Below, one piece after another: positions 46,902 to 56,584 of a stretch of DNA of 64,000 nucleotides; within the stretch, counting starts at the first letter, position 1; every line of letters starts with the position of its first letter. The position numbers and the translations under genes were made by a program. The notes below the pieces were generated by a model. It did no database searches and was not told where the DNA came from. It worked only from the letters and a program-made list of their open reading frames with translations. Source of the stretch: a candidate division TA06 bacterium 32_111 (GTDB taxonomy: Bacteria > Hydrothermota > 32-111); contig LGFX01000004.1 of NCBI GenBank assembly GCA_001508335.1, positions 1,646-65,645 of the forward strand, in the 5' to 3' direction.

Positions 46902-47946
46902 AATAACTACTTTAACACCTATATTTATACAAGGAGATAATTCAAAAAATCTTTCAATATTTACAGATTTTATTTTATCAGACAATTTTATAAATATAAT
47001 TGATAAAAGGGATTTAGAGAATATTTTTACTGAGAATGAACATCTATTAAATATATACATGAAAGAAGTTGAAAAAGGGACAAATCTTCAGGATTTTTTT
47101 AAAAAAAACAAAATAGATATAGAAAAAATCAGAATAATAAAATCTATCCCCTATGATAAAGAACATTTTTCTGGTAACGAAATTTTAACTTTTGTTTCAG
47201 TAAATGGTAAACCTTATATACCTGGATCTTCTCTTAAGGGAGCAATAAGAACAACATTTTTTAAATTTTTAGAAGATACTCTTAATACAACAGTTAGCGA
47301 AATTACTTATGAAAGAAGAGTTAATTTTAATAATATTGAGAAAAGACTTTTTCCTAAAATTGAAAAAAAGGATTTATTTAGTTTTTTAAGCATTTCAGAT
47401 AGTAATCCATTTAAAAGTACAGATTTATTTATAAAAAGTGTTAAATCGGTAAATATTTTTAATCAAAGACATGAAGAGGGAATTCCTATAAACATTGAAT
47501 GTATTAAAGAGAATTCAACAACAGAATTCTCTATAGATATTAAAAGAGTATCTAATATGAAAAATAATAAAATATTATTAAATGCAGAAACGTTATATGA
47601 AGCGATAAATCATTTTTCTAAAATTCAAATTGTTAAGGAACTTGAAAAATTACCCAAGGAAAATCTTTTTTTAGAAACAAGAAATTTTTATGAATCTATT
47701 TTAAAAGAAATTGAAAATAATGAAAATAAGAAAATTTTTATTAGAATTGGAAAGTATACTGGTATTTTATCTAAAACAATCTTAAACCTATTAGATCAAA
47801 ATGTTAGAATTAATTTTATCAAAAATAATTTTAAAAATTTTAAAGAAAATAATGAAAAATTTTTTCCAAAATCAAGGTTGAAATACTATATAGGAGAAAA
47901 AGAAAGGTTTGACTTTGGTTGGATTGTTATGGAGGAGATAAAATGA
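46888..47946 (+). CDS. csm5: Csm5 (Cas7-family RAMP)
   Basis: GKPYIPGSSLKGAIRT and a C-terminal GKYTG...FGW motif. The gene order supports the call. Confidence 0.85.
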   Translation: MKKYKITTLTPIFIQGDNSKNLSIFTDFILSDNFINIIDKRDLENIFTENEHLLNIYMKEVEKGTNLQDFFKKNKIDIEKIRIIKSIPYDKEHFSGNEILTFVSVNGKPYIPGSSLKGAIRTTFFKFLEDTLNTTVSEITYERRVNFNNIEKRLFPKIEKKDLFSFLSISDSNPFKSTDLFIKSVKSVNIFNQRHEEGIPINIECIKENSTTEFSIDIKRVSNMKNNKILLNAETLYEAINHFSKIQIVKELEKLPKENLFLETRNFYESILKEIENNENKKIFIRIGKYTGILSKTILNLLDQNVRINFIKNNFKNFKENNEKFFPKSRLKYYIGEKERFDFGWIVMEEIK

Positions 47947-49301
47947 ACAAGGCAAAGCTTATATTTGTTACTCTTGGCCGCAGAGATTTAAGTATCGATG
48001 ATAATAATGAAGATAAACCACCGAGAGAAAAAGGCAGATATATTTTAGATAATTATAATACACTTAAACATAAATTATCATTAAATATTTTAGAAAAATT
48101 TCTTTCAAACGAATTGTCAAAAGAAAGTGAACAAAAAAGGTTATTTATTTTTGCTACAAATCAGAAAGACCCTAATTTTAATAAAGATGATACTATTTTT
48201 TATGCTAAAGTAATAGAAAAACTACTCTACGAAAAATATAACAAGAATAAAAATTTAATTATAGAAATTATTGAAATAAAAGAAAATTTGGAACATTTAG
48301 ATTTTCTCTATGATTTTTTAAAAAAAACACTTAATAATAAAATTTCGATAATAGAAAAAAAATATGAAATAGAAAATGTAGCTTGTGCCTTGAAGGGCGG
48401 AATTCCAGATGTAAATTATTCAATCTTACTTTATTTGATTTTTAAGTTTAAAACCAAGTTGAAACACTTTAACATTATGGAAGAAAAAAATAGAAAAAAA
48501 TCTTACAATTTTTATCTTTTAAATTTTAGTAACGAAATTTGGAGAGATATTGAGAGAGAAAAAGTTTTAGAATACATTGAAAGTTTTAATTATCTTGAAA
48601 TAAAAAAGAATTCTTCCAATTTTTATGTTCAAAATTTAGCAGAAACAGCTTTCAATCTTTTTTCATTTAATTTAGATGAAGCAAAGAGAATTAGAGAATA
48701 TGAAATTAAAGATATTGAAAGAGATTTTGTTTGTGAGATTCTAAAATATTTAGAACAAATAGAAGAGGATGAAAAAAATATTTTAAGAGAATTGTATTTT
48801 ACAATATGGATTTTAATTCAAAAGAAACATTTCGCCGATGCCTTATCAAGATTATATAATTTTACTGAAAGAATTTTCTTGTTTGAGTTATCAAAAATTA
48901 CAAAGGAAGAAAAAAAATTTAATGACATTGTTAGAAAATGGGACTCTATAATTGAAGAATTAATAAAAAAATATCCCGAAATAGCTGAAAAAAAAGATAA
49001 TATTGATGTTAAAAAATATAGTATACCAACTTTATCGAAAATTTTAAGTATAATAAAAAAAGATGAAAGTGAATTTTTAGAAATTTTAAAACAACTCGAA
49101 AAAATATGTAAAATTAGAAATAATTCAATTGTTGCACATGGAACAACTGGAATTTCAGAAGAGAAATTAAAGGAACAACTTGAAAATACAAATATTATAG
49201 AAATCTTAAAAAATATTGAAAAATATTATGATTTTAATTTTGAAAATTCATTATATACAAAAATTAATAACAAAATTAAATTTTTATACGAAATAAAATA
49301 A
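47943..49301 (+). CDS. csm6: Csm6-family CARF-HEPN ribonuclease
   Basis: The N-terminus is Rossmann-like, CARF-type (KLIFVTLGRRD...FATNQKD...ALKGGIPDVN). The C-terminal HEPN motif is CKIRNNSIVAHGTTG (Rx6H). The ATG at 47943 overlaps the csm5 stop (ATGA) and follows RBS GGAGGAG. Confidence 0.75.
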   Translation: MNKAKLIFVTLGRRDLSIDDNNEDKPPREKGRYILDNYNTLKHKLSLNILEKFLSNELSKESEQKRLFIFATNQKDPNFNKDDTIFYAKVIEKLLYEKYNKNKNLIIEIIEIKENLEHLDFLYDFLKKTLNNKISIIEKKYEIENVACALKGGIPDVNYSILLYLIFKFKTKLKHFNIMEEKNRKKSYNFYLLNFSNEIWRDIEREKVLEYIESFNYLEIKKNSSNFYVQNLAETAFNLFSFNLDEAKRIREYEIKDIERDFVCEILKYLEQIEEDEKNILRELYFTIWILIQKKHFADALSRLYNFTERIFLFELSKITKEEKKFNDIVRKWDSIIEELIKKYPEIAEKKDNIDVKKYSIPTLSKILSIIKKDESEFLEILKQLEKICKIRNNSIVAHGTTGISEEKLKEQLENTNIIEILKNIEKYYDFNFENSLYTKINNKIKFLYEIK

Positions 49302-49377
49302 TAAGATAAACTTTATATACATTTTTGATTCATTAGATATGCGACTTAAGTTTTATAAAATTACATAGGAGGATTTT

Positions 49378-51405
49378 ATGGATTATTATTTCTTCATTGA
49401 TGAAACTGGAAGTTTTAACCATTTTAGTACTAGAGAAAAAAGAAGAATTTCAAGAGTTGGAGGATATGTATGTAATAATGATAATAAAAAAAAAATATAT
49501 GAAAATTTAATTAGACTAAGAAATGAGAAAAACTTAGAAACGCTCCATTTTAGAGAACTAATATTTGATAAAAAAGAAGTAATTGAAGAAGCAATACAAG
49601 AAAATAAGAATAATATAATATTTTCTTTTATTTCTGTTGGGGTTCCTTTAATAATTATTCATCCACAGCAATATTATATAGAATGCCTTCTTGCAGTTTT
49701 AATTGAAAGTATAGAAAAATTGTTAAAAAATGTAAATGATGTGGATTCAATAAATATAGAAATAGCTTATAGAAGACATATTCTTGAAGAAATTGATGGG
49801 AATCGATTAATTGATAATGGAACAGTGATTGAATTATATAGAAGTTACGATAAGATAATTGAATACGAAATAAAGAAAATCTTAAGCAAAAAAATAAAAA
49901 AAATCAATTTAAATGTTTCTTTATTGAATGCTAATAGAAACGAAAATATTCAATTTGCAGATATTATTATCGGTTGTTTAAATAATGCAGAACTAAAAAC
50001 AAATTTTGATAGAGATTTATCATTACGAGTTGATGTTGTAAAAGCTTATGAAAGATATTTTTCAGATAATATTAAAACTTTAATGAAATCATTAGTCAAA
50101 GAAGGTATGTTTAATGATGCCATAAAATATGCATTTGTTTATAAAAATGATAAAAAATTACAAAAATTATCTGAAGAGATTTTAAACAAACATCTTATAG
50201 AAAAACTTGAACAAGGAACATTTAGTGAACAAGACTTTTTATCTATCGAATATTTTTTACAAGAACTTAGCGATAATGATAATTTGATGTACTCAGAGAA
50301 TATTAGTAAATTAAAAGATATTTCTAATAACATCTTAGAAACCTTTAATAATAAAGACAATAAAAATTATTTAAGAATAAAAGAAAAATGTTTGTATATT
50401 TTAATGAATTGGGAAACACATACAGGAAATACATGCGAAAATTATAAAAATACTTATGCCTTTGAATATGAAAACTTTTTAATTAACGAAGGATCTAACA
50501 TTTTCAAAAATATACCAGAAAAAATTATAACTCAATATGAAACAATTTTAAGAACTATTCAAACATACTATTTTAATTCATTCAAATTTGAGGAAGCTAT
50601 AGAAAAGTTGGAAGGATACATTGATAAATATGAAACTTTTATTGATGCATTTAAAAATAAACAAAATGAAGAACAGATAAAAGACGATATTATGGCCAGA
50701 CTTTATGGAACGATTGGACAATCATATGCATTTTTGGGAAGTTTAAATAATGACATATATAAATTAAAGGAAGCTAAGGAATATTTATTATTAGATTTAA
50801 ATAATATTTGTAAGAGTAATAAATATTATGCACAAGGATTAAGTTTTTTAATAACACTTTTATGGGAATTGGAAGAAATTCAAGAAATAGAAGAAAATTT
50901 ATCTTCTTATTATGGTATTAAAAAAAACGAAAATGATATAAAAAATTTCTTAATTCAAAATAAAGAAAAATTGAGTAATTTTCAAGTTTTAGATTTTATT
51001 AGATACATTAATCTTTTTGAAAAGAAAAAAGGAAAATTGTTAAGTGATTTAGAAATTGATGAATTAAAAAATTATTTTTTTCGAAAAGAAAATTACTACC
51101 CTGTGAATTTGATTTTAAAATGGATTTCAATTTTTTATTTGGATAGAAACAACCAAAAAGTTGCGATTGAATTGCTTAATAAAAAAGTTAAAAGTTTTGA
51201 AATTATACAAGAAAATTTTTTTAATACTCTATTTGAAACTAATCGCTTGTTATTGTTAAATTATTTAGACCAAAACGTTATAAATAAATTAATATCAAAA
51301 ATTGATAAAATAGAAATTGAATTACTAAAAAATAAGGCTTTAAAACTTATGAAAGAAAAAGATTATAGAAAAATTGCAAAATTTTTACCATACTATTATG
51401 GATAA
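49378..51405 (+). CDS. DUF3800-like N-terminal domain fused to a long helical/TPR-like region, embedded in the cas locus
   Basis: It has RBS AGGAGG. The N-terminus YYFFIDETGSF...ETLHFRELI...NIQFADIIIGCL matches the DESG / H / QxAD signature of DUF3800. The C-terminal ~440 aa are helical repeats (for example DIMARLYGTIGQSYAFLGSLNNDIYKLKEAKEYL). Confidence 0.55.
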   Translation: MDYYFFIDETGSFNHFSTREKRRISRVGGYVCNNDNKKKIYENLIRLRNEKNLETLHFRELIFDKKEVIEEAIQENKNNIIFSFISVGVPLIIIHPQQYYIECLLAVLIESIEKLLKNVNDVDSINIEIAYRRHILEEIDGNRLIDNGTVIELYRSYDKIIEYEIKKILSKKIKKINLNVSLLNANRNENIQFADIIIGCLNNAELKTNFDRDLSLRVDVVKAYERYFSDNIKTLMKSLVKEGMFNDAIKYAFVYKNDKKLQKLSEEILNKHLIEKLEQGTFSEQDFLSIEYFLQELSDNDNLMYSENISKLKDISNNILETFNNKDNKNYLRIKEKCLYILMNWETHTGNTCENYKNTYAFEYENFLINEGSNIFKNIPEKIITQYETILRTIQTYYFNSFKFEEAIEKLEGYIDKYETFIDAFKNKQNEEQIKDDIMARLYGTIGQSYAFLGSLNNDIYKLKEAKEYLLLDLNNICKSNKYYAQGLSFLITLLWELEEIQEIEENLSSYYGIKKNENDIKNFLIQNKEKLSNFQVLDFIRYINLFEKKKGKLLSDLEIDELKNYFFRKENYYPVNLILKWISIFYLDRNNQKVAIELLNKKVKSFEIIQENFFNTLFETNRLLLLNYLDQNVINKLISKIDKIEIELLKNKALKLMKEKDYRKIAKFLPYYYG

Positions 51406-51962
51406 AAGAGTTAAAGATTTATTTCCTTGTCCTAAAAATTCTACTAGCAAAATGCTATAATATTTTTTAACACTTAATTTAGCATTTTTTTGTAATAAGA
51501 AAGAAAAATCTTATTTAATCTCATTCAACATAAAATTTATTAAATTAAATGTTGAGTTTTTTTGTTTTACTACAATATTATCACAACCATAATTATTATT
51601 AAAAAGTTATTATCTATAAGCAATTTTTTATTTAATTGTCTAATTTAGAATTTTAAATAATAAAATATAGTTCTAATAAATTACCATTTATTAATTATAT
51701 AAAAACTAAAGTAAAATTAAGGTGTTAGTTGTTGTAGAAAATAATTAACTTTATCATAAAATTATAATTTTCGATAATAATAGAAATTCTATTTTTAATA
51801 TAAATGTCAAATGAATCTTTAAAAAATTTTTTTGAAAGTTTTTTAAAGAATAATAAATTAATCTAAAAATTCATAACTTGAATTAATTTTTATTAAATCT
51901 TCAAGAATTCATTCTTTTAAAATTTCCAAATATTTACATTTATTATTATAAAAGGAGTTGAT

Positions 51963-52454
51963 GTGGAAATAATATATACTGGTAGTTTGGTTGGCGATTT
52001 CATGTTTTGTAAAAGGAAATTTTGGCTTATTTCAAGGGGGATAATGAGTGATAATAAAAATGAAGATCTTATTATAGGAAAGATGATAAATGAGCAGAGT
52101 TATCCGAGAGAAGAGAGAGAAATTCTTTTAGGTAAAAATCTTATAGATTTTATAGGTGATGATGGGAAAATTCATGAAATAAAGAAATCTTCTTCATTTA
52201 TTGAGACACACACTATGCAGTTAAAATTTTATTTATACATATATAAAAAAGTTTTTGGAAAGAAAATTGGTGGAGTTCTTAATTTTCCTGAAGAGAAAAA
52301 AGTTGTTGAAGTAAATTTAACTGATGAGGATGAAAAAAATATTGATAATTTACTTTTAGAAATGAAAAAAATTGAAGACGATGGAAAAGCACCAGAACTT
52401 TCAGAGATGTATAAATGTAAAAAATGTTCTCTTTTGGCTATATGTAGGGGGTAG
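51963..52454 (+). CDS. cas4: Cas4 (RecB-like nuclease with a 4-Cys Fe-S cluster)
   Basis: N-terminal FMFCKRKFWL Cys, the core motif IDFIGDDGKIHEIKKS (D..ExK) and C-terminal CKKCSLLAIC. It has a GTG start with RBS AAGGAG. Confidence 0.85.
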   Translation: MEIIYTGSLVGDFMFCKRKFWLISRGIMSDNKNEDLIIGKMINEQSYPREEREILLGKNLIDFIGDDGKIHEIKKSSSFIETHTMQLKFYLYIYKKVFGKKIGGVLNFPEEKKVVEVNLTDEDEKNIDNLLLEMKKIEDDGKAPELSEMYKCKKCSLLAICRG

Positions 52455-52457
52455 TAT

Positions 52458-53447
52458 ATGGATAAAAATTATTACATTTTATCGAATGGTAGATTAAAAA
52501 GAAAAAATAATACTATTTATTTTGAAAGTCAAAATGGAGAGGAATCGATTCCAGTAGAAAAAATAGAGAATCTTTATTTGTTTGGTAATATAGATTTGAA
52601 TACACAATTAATAAATATAGCCGCTGGGTATCAAGTTCCAATACATTTTTTTAGTTATTATGGTTATTACACTGGAACTTTTTTCCCTATGGATAGAACA
52701 GTCTCTGGTAAACTACTTTTATGTCAAATTGAACATCATAAAAACAAAGAACAAAGATTATTTATTGCCAGTTCAATAGTAAAAGGAAGTGCAAACAACA
52801 TTCTTAATGTTTTACAATATTATCAAAGAAGAAATGTTGATTTGAAAATAGAAATTGAAAATATTAAGTATCTTGTAAATGACCTTGAAAACAAAAATGA
52901 AATCAATGAGATTATGGCAAATGAAGCGAATATAAGAAAGATTTATTACAGTTGTTGGAATAAATGGCTTGATAAAGATTTTGAATTTTATAAAAGGAGT
53001 AAAAGACCACCAGAAGATAAGTTAAATACACTGATTTCTTTTTTGAATTCGGTTTTTTATTCAACAGTTCTTTCTGAAATTTATGTAACTCAACTCGACC
53101 CGACTATAAGTTTTTTACATGAGCCAGGTGAAAGGAGATATTCTTTATCTCTTGATATTGCAGATATTTTTAAACCAATAATAGTTGATAGATTAATTTT
53201 TTATCTTGTTAACAAACAAATGGTAGATGATTCTTGTTTCGAAGAAGAGGAAAATATATGTTTTATTAATACAAAAGGTAAAAAAATAGTTTTAAAAGAG
53301 TATGATGCTAAATTGGGAAGTACTTTTTATTATAAGAAGATGGAAAAATATATATCATACAGAATGTTGATCAGAGTCGAATGTTATAAGTTGATAAAAC
53401 ATATATTGGGAGTTGAGATTTACAATCCATTCAGAATGGAGTGGTAA
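52458..53447 (+). CDS. cas1: Cas1 integrase (adaptation module of the type III locus)
   Basis: NEANIRKIYY...NTLISFLNSVFYSTVLSEIYVTQLDPTISFLHEPGERRYSLSLDIADIFKPIIVDRLIF, the Cas1 catalytic core. Confidence 0.92.
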   Translation: MDKNYYILSNGRLKRKNNTIYFESQNGEESIPVEKIENLYLFGNIDLNTQLINIAAGYQVPIHFFSYYGYYTGTFFPMDRTVSGKLLLCQIEHHKNKEQRLFIASSIVKGSANNILNVLQYYQRRNVDLKIEIENIKYLVNDLENKNEINEIMANEANIRKIYYSCWNKWLDKDFEFYKRSKRPPEDKLNTLISFLNSVFYSTVLSEIYVTQLDPTISFLHEPGERRYSLSLDIADIFKPIIVDRLIFYLVNKQMVDDSCFEEEENICFINTKGKKIVLKEYDAKLGSTFYYKKMEKYISYRMLIRVECYKLIKHILGVEIYNPFRMEW

Positions 53448-53449
53448 AA

Positions 53450-53719
53450 ATGTATGTGATTGTTGTTTATGATATAAATGAAAAAAGAGTTGCAAAATTT
53501 CATAAGTTCTTAAAAAGATATCTGATTTGGGTTCAAAGATCAGTTTTTGAGGGAGAATTGACAGAATCAGAGTTAAGAAGTATAAAAAATTTTTTTAATT
53601 CAAATTGTAAATTATCAGAAGATAGTATGATAATTTATTTTATTAGAGATAAAAAATGGATTTACAGAGAACTCCATGGCATCGGACTAAAACCTGAAGA
53701 TATGGATAATTTTTTATAA
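53450..53719 (+). CDS. cas2: Cas2
   Basis: MYVIVVYDINEKRVAKFHKFLKRYLIWVQRSVFEGEL. The track start is the GTG at 53441. I prefer the ATG at 53450, which follows RBS GGAG. Confidence 0.9.
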   Translation: MYVIVVYDINEKRVAKFHKFLKRYLIWVQRSVFEGELTESELRSIKNFFNSNCKLSEDSMIIYFIRDKKWIYRELHGIGLKPEDMDNFL

Positions 53720-54892
53720 GATTTCCTTTATAATATTATCGTAATCATCCTGTGCCTGCCTTACCTCTTTTTTAAGTTCATTTAGAATTTTTTCACTTAC
53801 AAGTTTTTTTGTCTTTCTTATTTTTCTCAATATTAGAAAAAAAGTAACTGAAAAGATAATTAGTAAAAGGCCGATTATAAATCTTTCTGAATTAAAGAGA
53901 AAGAAAAAACTTGCTATTAAAAAGGAAAGAGATAAAATTACAAAAAAAGTTGTAATTTTAAAAATTTCAGATCCAATTTTTTCTTCAAATTCAGTGTATT
54001 TATTTTGAGCATTTCTAAGTTTTTTAAGAAAGGAATTTTGTTCATTAACTTTATTTTCTATTTTTATTCTATCGATGTATTTATATGCGAAATTTTGAAA
54101 GGTTGCTTTTTCATAGGATGATCCAGATCTTTTTATCTCTACTATGTAGTCTGTGATTATTTGGAATAAAGGGTCATTTTCATAAAAACATTCTATTCTT
54201 TTAATAGATTTTGGAACAATTATATCTTGACTTTCACCTACTAAGGTATTTTTCTTGTTAAGAAATATACTTAAAAAAGAGTTCTCTTGTAAATTTTGTG
54301 GAACCCAGTTTATAAGTATAACCTCTGAATAAGCCAATTTTGTATAATCATCTGTATTTTCTATAAAAGTTAATAATTTTTGGGATAATTCGCCTTTTAT
54401 CTGGTTCAACTCATCATTTTGAATTAAGTTACCTACTACTCGACCTCCAATATTCCCAACTATACCACCAATAATAGCGCCAATTGCAGCTCCCAAAAAA
54501 CCACCTGTATCATACCCTATAGAAGCACCAATCGAAGCTCCAGTTCCTGTGCCAGTGAAAGTTACCTTTCCCTTAAGGTGTCTTAGATATTTCATAGATG
54601 CGATAATTTCAGAAAGAGCCTGAATTGAACATACTGTGTTTATAAACTGGTTATATAAGTCAGTATTTTTTTTACCTTGTTCTAAAATAATATCATACTC
54701 TTGTCTTAACTTAGCATTATATAGAACATTATATGCTTCAAGAATTTCCTGAAATTTCTCTTTTGCTGATTCAACATCATCAGGATTTAGATCTGGATGA
54801 TATTTTTTTGCAAGAGTAATATATGCCTTTCTTATTTCCTGTTTAGTTGCATTAGGACTAATTTCCAAAATTGAATAATAATTTTTTAACAT
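53714..54892 (-). CDS. Membrane-anchored J-domain (DnaJ-like) protein with a glycine-zipper segment
   Basis: N-terminal J domain with HPD (NYYSILEISPNATKQEIRKAYITLAKKYHPDLNPDD...FQEILEAYNVL). Gly-rich hydrophobic stretch GTGTGASIGASIGYDTGGFLGAAIGAIIGGIVGNIGG. Two C-terminal TM helices. It lacks the DnaJ Zn-finger and C-terminal domains. Confidence 0.75.
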   Translation of the reverse strand: MLKNYYSILEISPNATKQEIRKAYITLAKKYHPDLNPDDVESAKEKFQEILEAYNVLYNAKLRQEYDIILEQGKKNTDLYNQFINTVCSIQALSEIIASMKYLRHLKGKVTFTGTGTGASIGASIGYDTGGFLGAAIGAIIGGIVGNIGGRVVGNLIQNDELNQIKGELSQKLLTFIENTDDYTKLAYSEVILINWVPQNLQENSFLSIFLNKKNTLVGESQDIIVPKSIKRIECFYENDPLFQIITDYIVEIKRSGSSYEKATFQNFAYKYIDRIKIENKVNEQNSFLKKLRNAQNKYTEFEEKIGSEIFKITTFFVILSLSFLIASFFFLFNSERFIIGLLLIIFSVTFFLILRKIRKTKKLVSEKILNELKKEVRQAQDDYDNIIKEIL

Positions 54893-54939
54893 TGCTCCTC
54901 CTTCCTTTTTAATATAAATGGTATTTTTTTTTAAATTTC

Positions 54940-55038
54940 AAAAACTTTCTGTCTAACCCCCGGGATTTTTGCTCTACCATAGATAGACAGAAAAATCTTG
55001 ACTTTTTGCTTAATTAAGTATATATTTTAACTAAATTT
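54940..55038 (+). promoter_or_regulatory. CRISPR leader, conserved 99-nt block (copy 2)
   Basis: Identical to 35677..35775, with TTGACT at 54998-55003 and TATATT at 55021-55026. It begins 48 nt from the divergent J-domain gene start. Confidence 0.75.
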
Positions 55039-55084
55039 GAAACACATGGATTCCATCAGATGAAGATATGTTATTATGGACAAA

Positions 55085-56325
55085 GTCTTAATCGCACCAT
55101 TTGTGGTATGGAAACTCGTTCAAAATGGCATTATAATAGATAGATCTTCTAGGAGGTCTTAATCGCACCATTTGTGGTATGGAAACTCTATGAAGGTCGA
55201 TGAGATATTGGATACATCGAGATATAAAGGTCTTAATCGCACCATTTGTGGTATGGAAACCCTGTACTACTTTTACTAGAGCTAAGATTACGTTGTCTAA
55301 TGTCTTAATCGCACCATTTGTGGTATGGAAACCTTTATTAATAATATATTTTGAGATGTCTTTTGTTTGCGCCGTCTTAATCGCACCATTTGTGGTATGG
55401 AAACTTTCGATTGTCTCTACATTGTATTGGAGAATAAATTCAGTCTTAATCGCACCATTTGTGGTATGGAAACTTCTCGTACCTATTTGTTGTATTGTTT
55501 TTCCTACTTTCTGTCTTAATCGCACCATTTGTGGTATGGAAACGAAACCTATTAAAGACAAGCTTAGCAGCATCTGATTCCGTCTTAATCGCACCATTTG
55601 TGGTATGGAAACCTGTTTAGTTTGTATGACAATAGAGTTTTTCTATTGTCAGTCTTAATCGCACCATTTGTGGTATGGAAACAAGATGTCATTGCCATTT
55701 TGATCAGTCACTCTGATCCTTGTGTCTTAATCGCACCATTTGTGGTATGGAAACCATAATCTACATTGAATGCAATGCAAATTTCTTCGCTATTCCAGTC
55801 TTAATCGCACCATTTGTGGTATGGAAACCACGGCACACCATACACAGCAGCAGATGTATTAGATAGGTCTTAATCGCACCATTTGTGGTATGGAAACAAG
55901 GTCAGATAAATTTTGAACTTTTGATTTTCTTTCTTTCATGTCTTAATCGCACCATTTGTGGTATGGAAACCTTTCTTCAAAGGGAATAAGATTTAAATCT
56001 TTATATGATAAGTCTTAATCGCACCATTTGTGGTATGGAAACCATGGGACACCAGCCAGGTGTACCCAGAAAATTGAAGTCTTAATCGCACCATTTGTGG
56101 TATGGAAACCAATCGGCGTACAGAGCAGGTATTATGCTCTGCCCTGTATGTCTTAATCGCACCATTTGTGGTATGGAAACATTATTTTATCGCACCAATA
56201 TTCATAATCAAACCATTCTTCAGTCTTAATCGCACCATTTGTGGTATGGAAACTGGAGTATTTCTGATATAATGCTATGATTTCATTCTCTGCTGTCTTA
56301 ATCGCACCATTTGTGGTATGGGAAA
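55085..56325 (+). CRISPR. CRISPR array 2: 18 repeats (the same 31-nt repeat) and 17 spacers (36-43 nt)
   Basis: Repeat starts: 55085, 55156, 55230, 55302, 55374, 55443, 55513, 55582, 55652, 55724, 55798, 55867, 55940, 56012, 56079, 56150, 56223, 56295. The last repeat is degenerate (…GGTATGGGAAA). Confidence 0.97.
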
Positions 56326-56548
56326 TTACTTTTTGTAATATTATTCAGATTAATTTTATAAAAATTATATTAATACTATAAAAACCTTAATGATTCCCTT
56401 TAATCAATATTCTAATAATAATTTCAAAAAAGTTTTTATTTTTACAAAAAAAATGAGTTTATTTCTTTTGTAACTTTAACGCAGGAATTTATATTTTAAT
56501 AAAAAATGAAAATCTGCAAATTAACTTTTTACTTAAGATGTTATTTTA

Positions 56549-56576
56549 TTGACAAATAATAAATAAAAAATATAAT
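56549..56576 (+). promoter_or_regulatory. Sigma70-type promoter placed for a (near-)leaderless transcript of the downstream operon
   Basis: TTGACA (56549-56554), a 16-nt spacer, then TATAAT (56571-56576). The ATG at 56585 is 8 nt after the -10 element, and no Shine-Dalgarno sequence lies between. Confidence 0.45.
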
Positions 56577-56584
56577 AATTTAAA

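Noticed and set aside
55008-55043. In array 2 the leader is followed by ...AAATTTGAAAC, echoing the repeat 3' end GGAAAC. I considered whether the end of the leader is a decayed repeat and the 41 nt after it (55044-55084) an old spacer.
   Set aside because: A position-by-position comparison of the preceding 31 nt with the repeat matches only at the last five bases plus a few scattered positions. Array 1 has no GAAAC at the same place.
55088-55597. ORFs 55088..55597(-) and 55200..55577(+) inside array 2.
   Set aside because: This is the same repeat-translation artefact seen in array 1.
56181-56222. Array-2 spacer 16 (ATTATTTTATCGCACCAATATTC...) resembles the repeat core (TTAATCGCACCATTT). I considered whether the spacer was acquired from a repeat-like or decoy sequence.
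   Set aside because: Only 9 contiguous nt (ATCGCACCA) match, which is too short to separate from chance.
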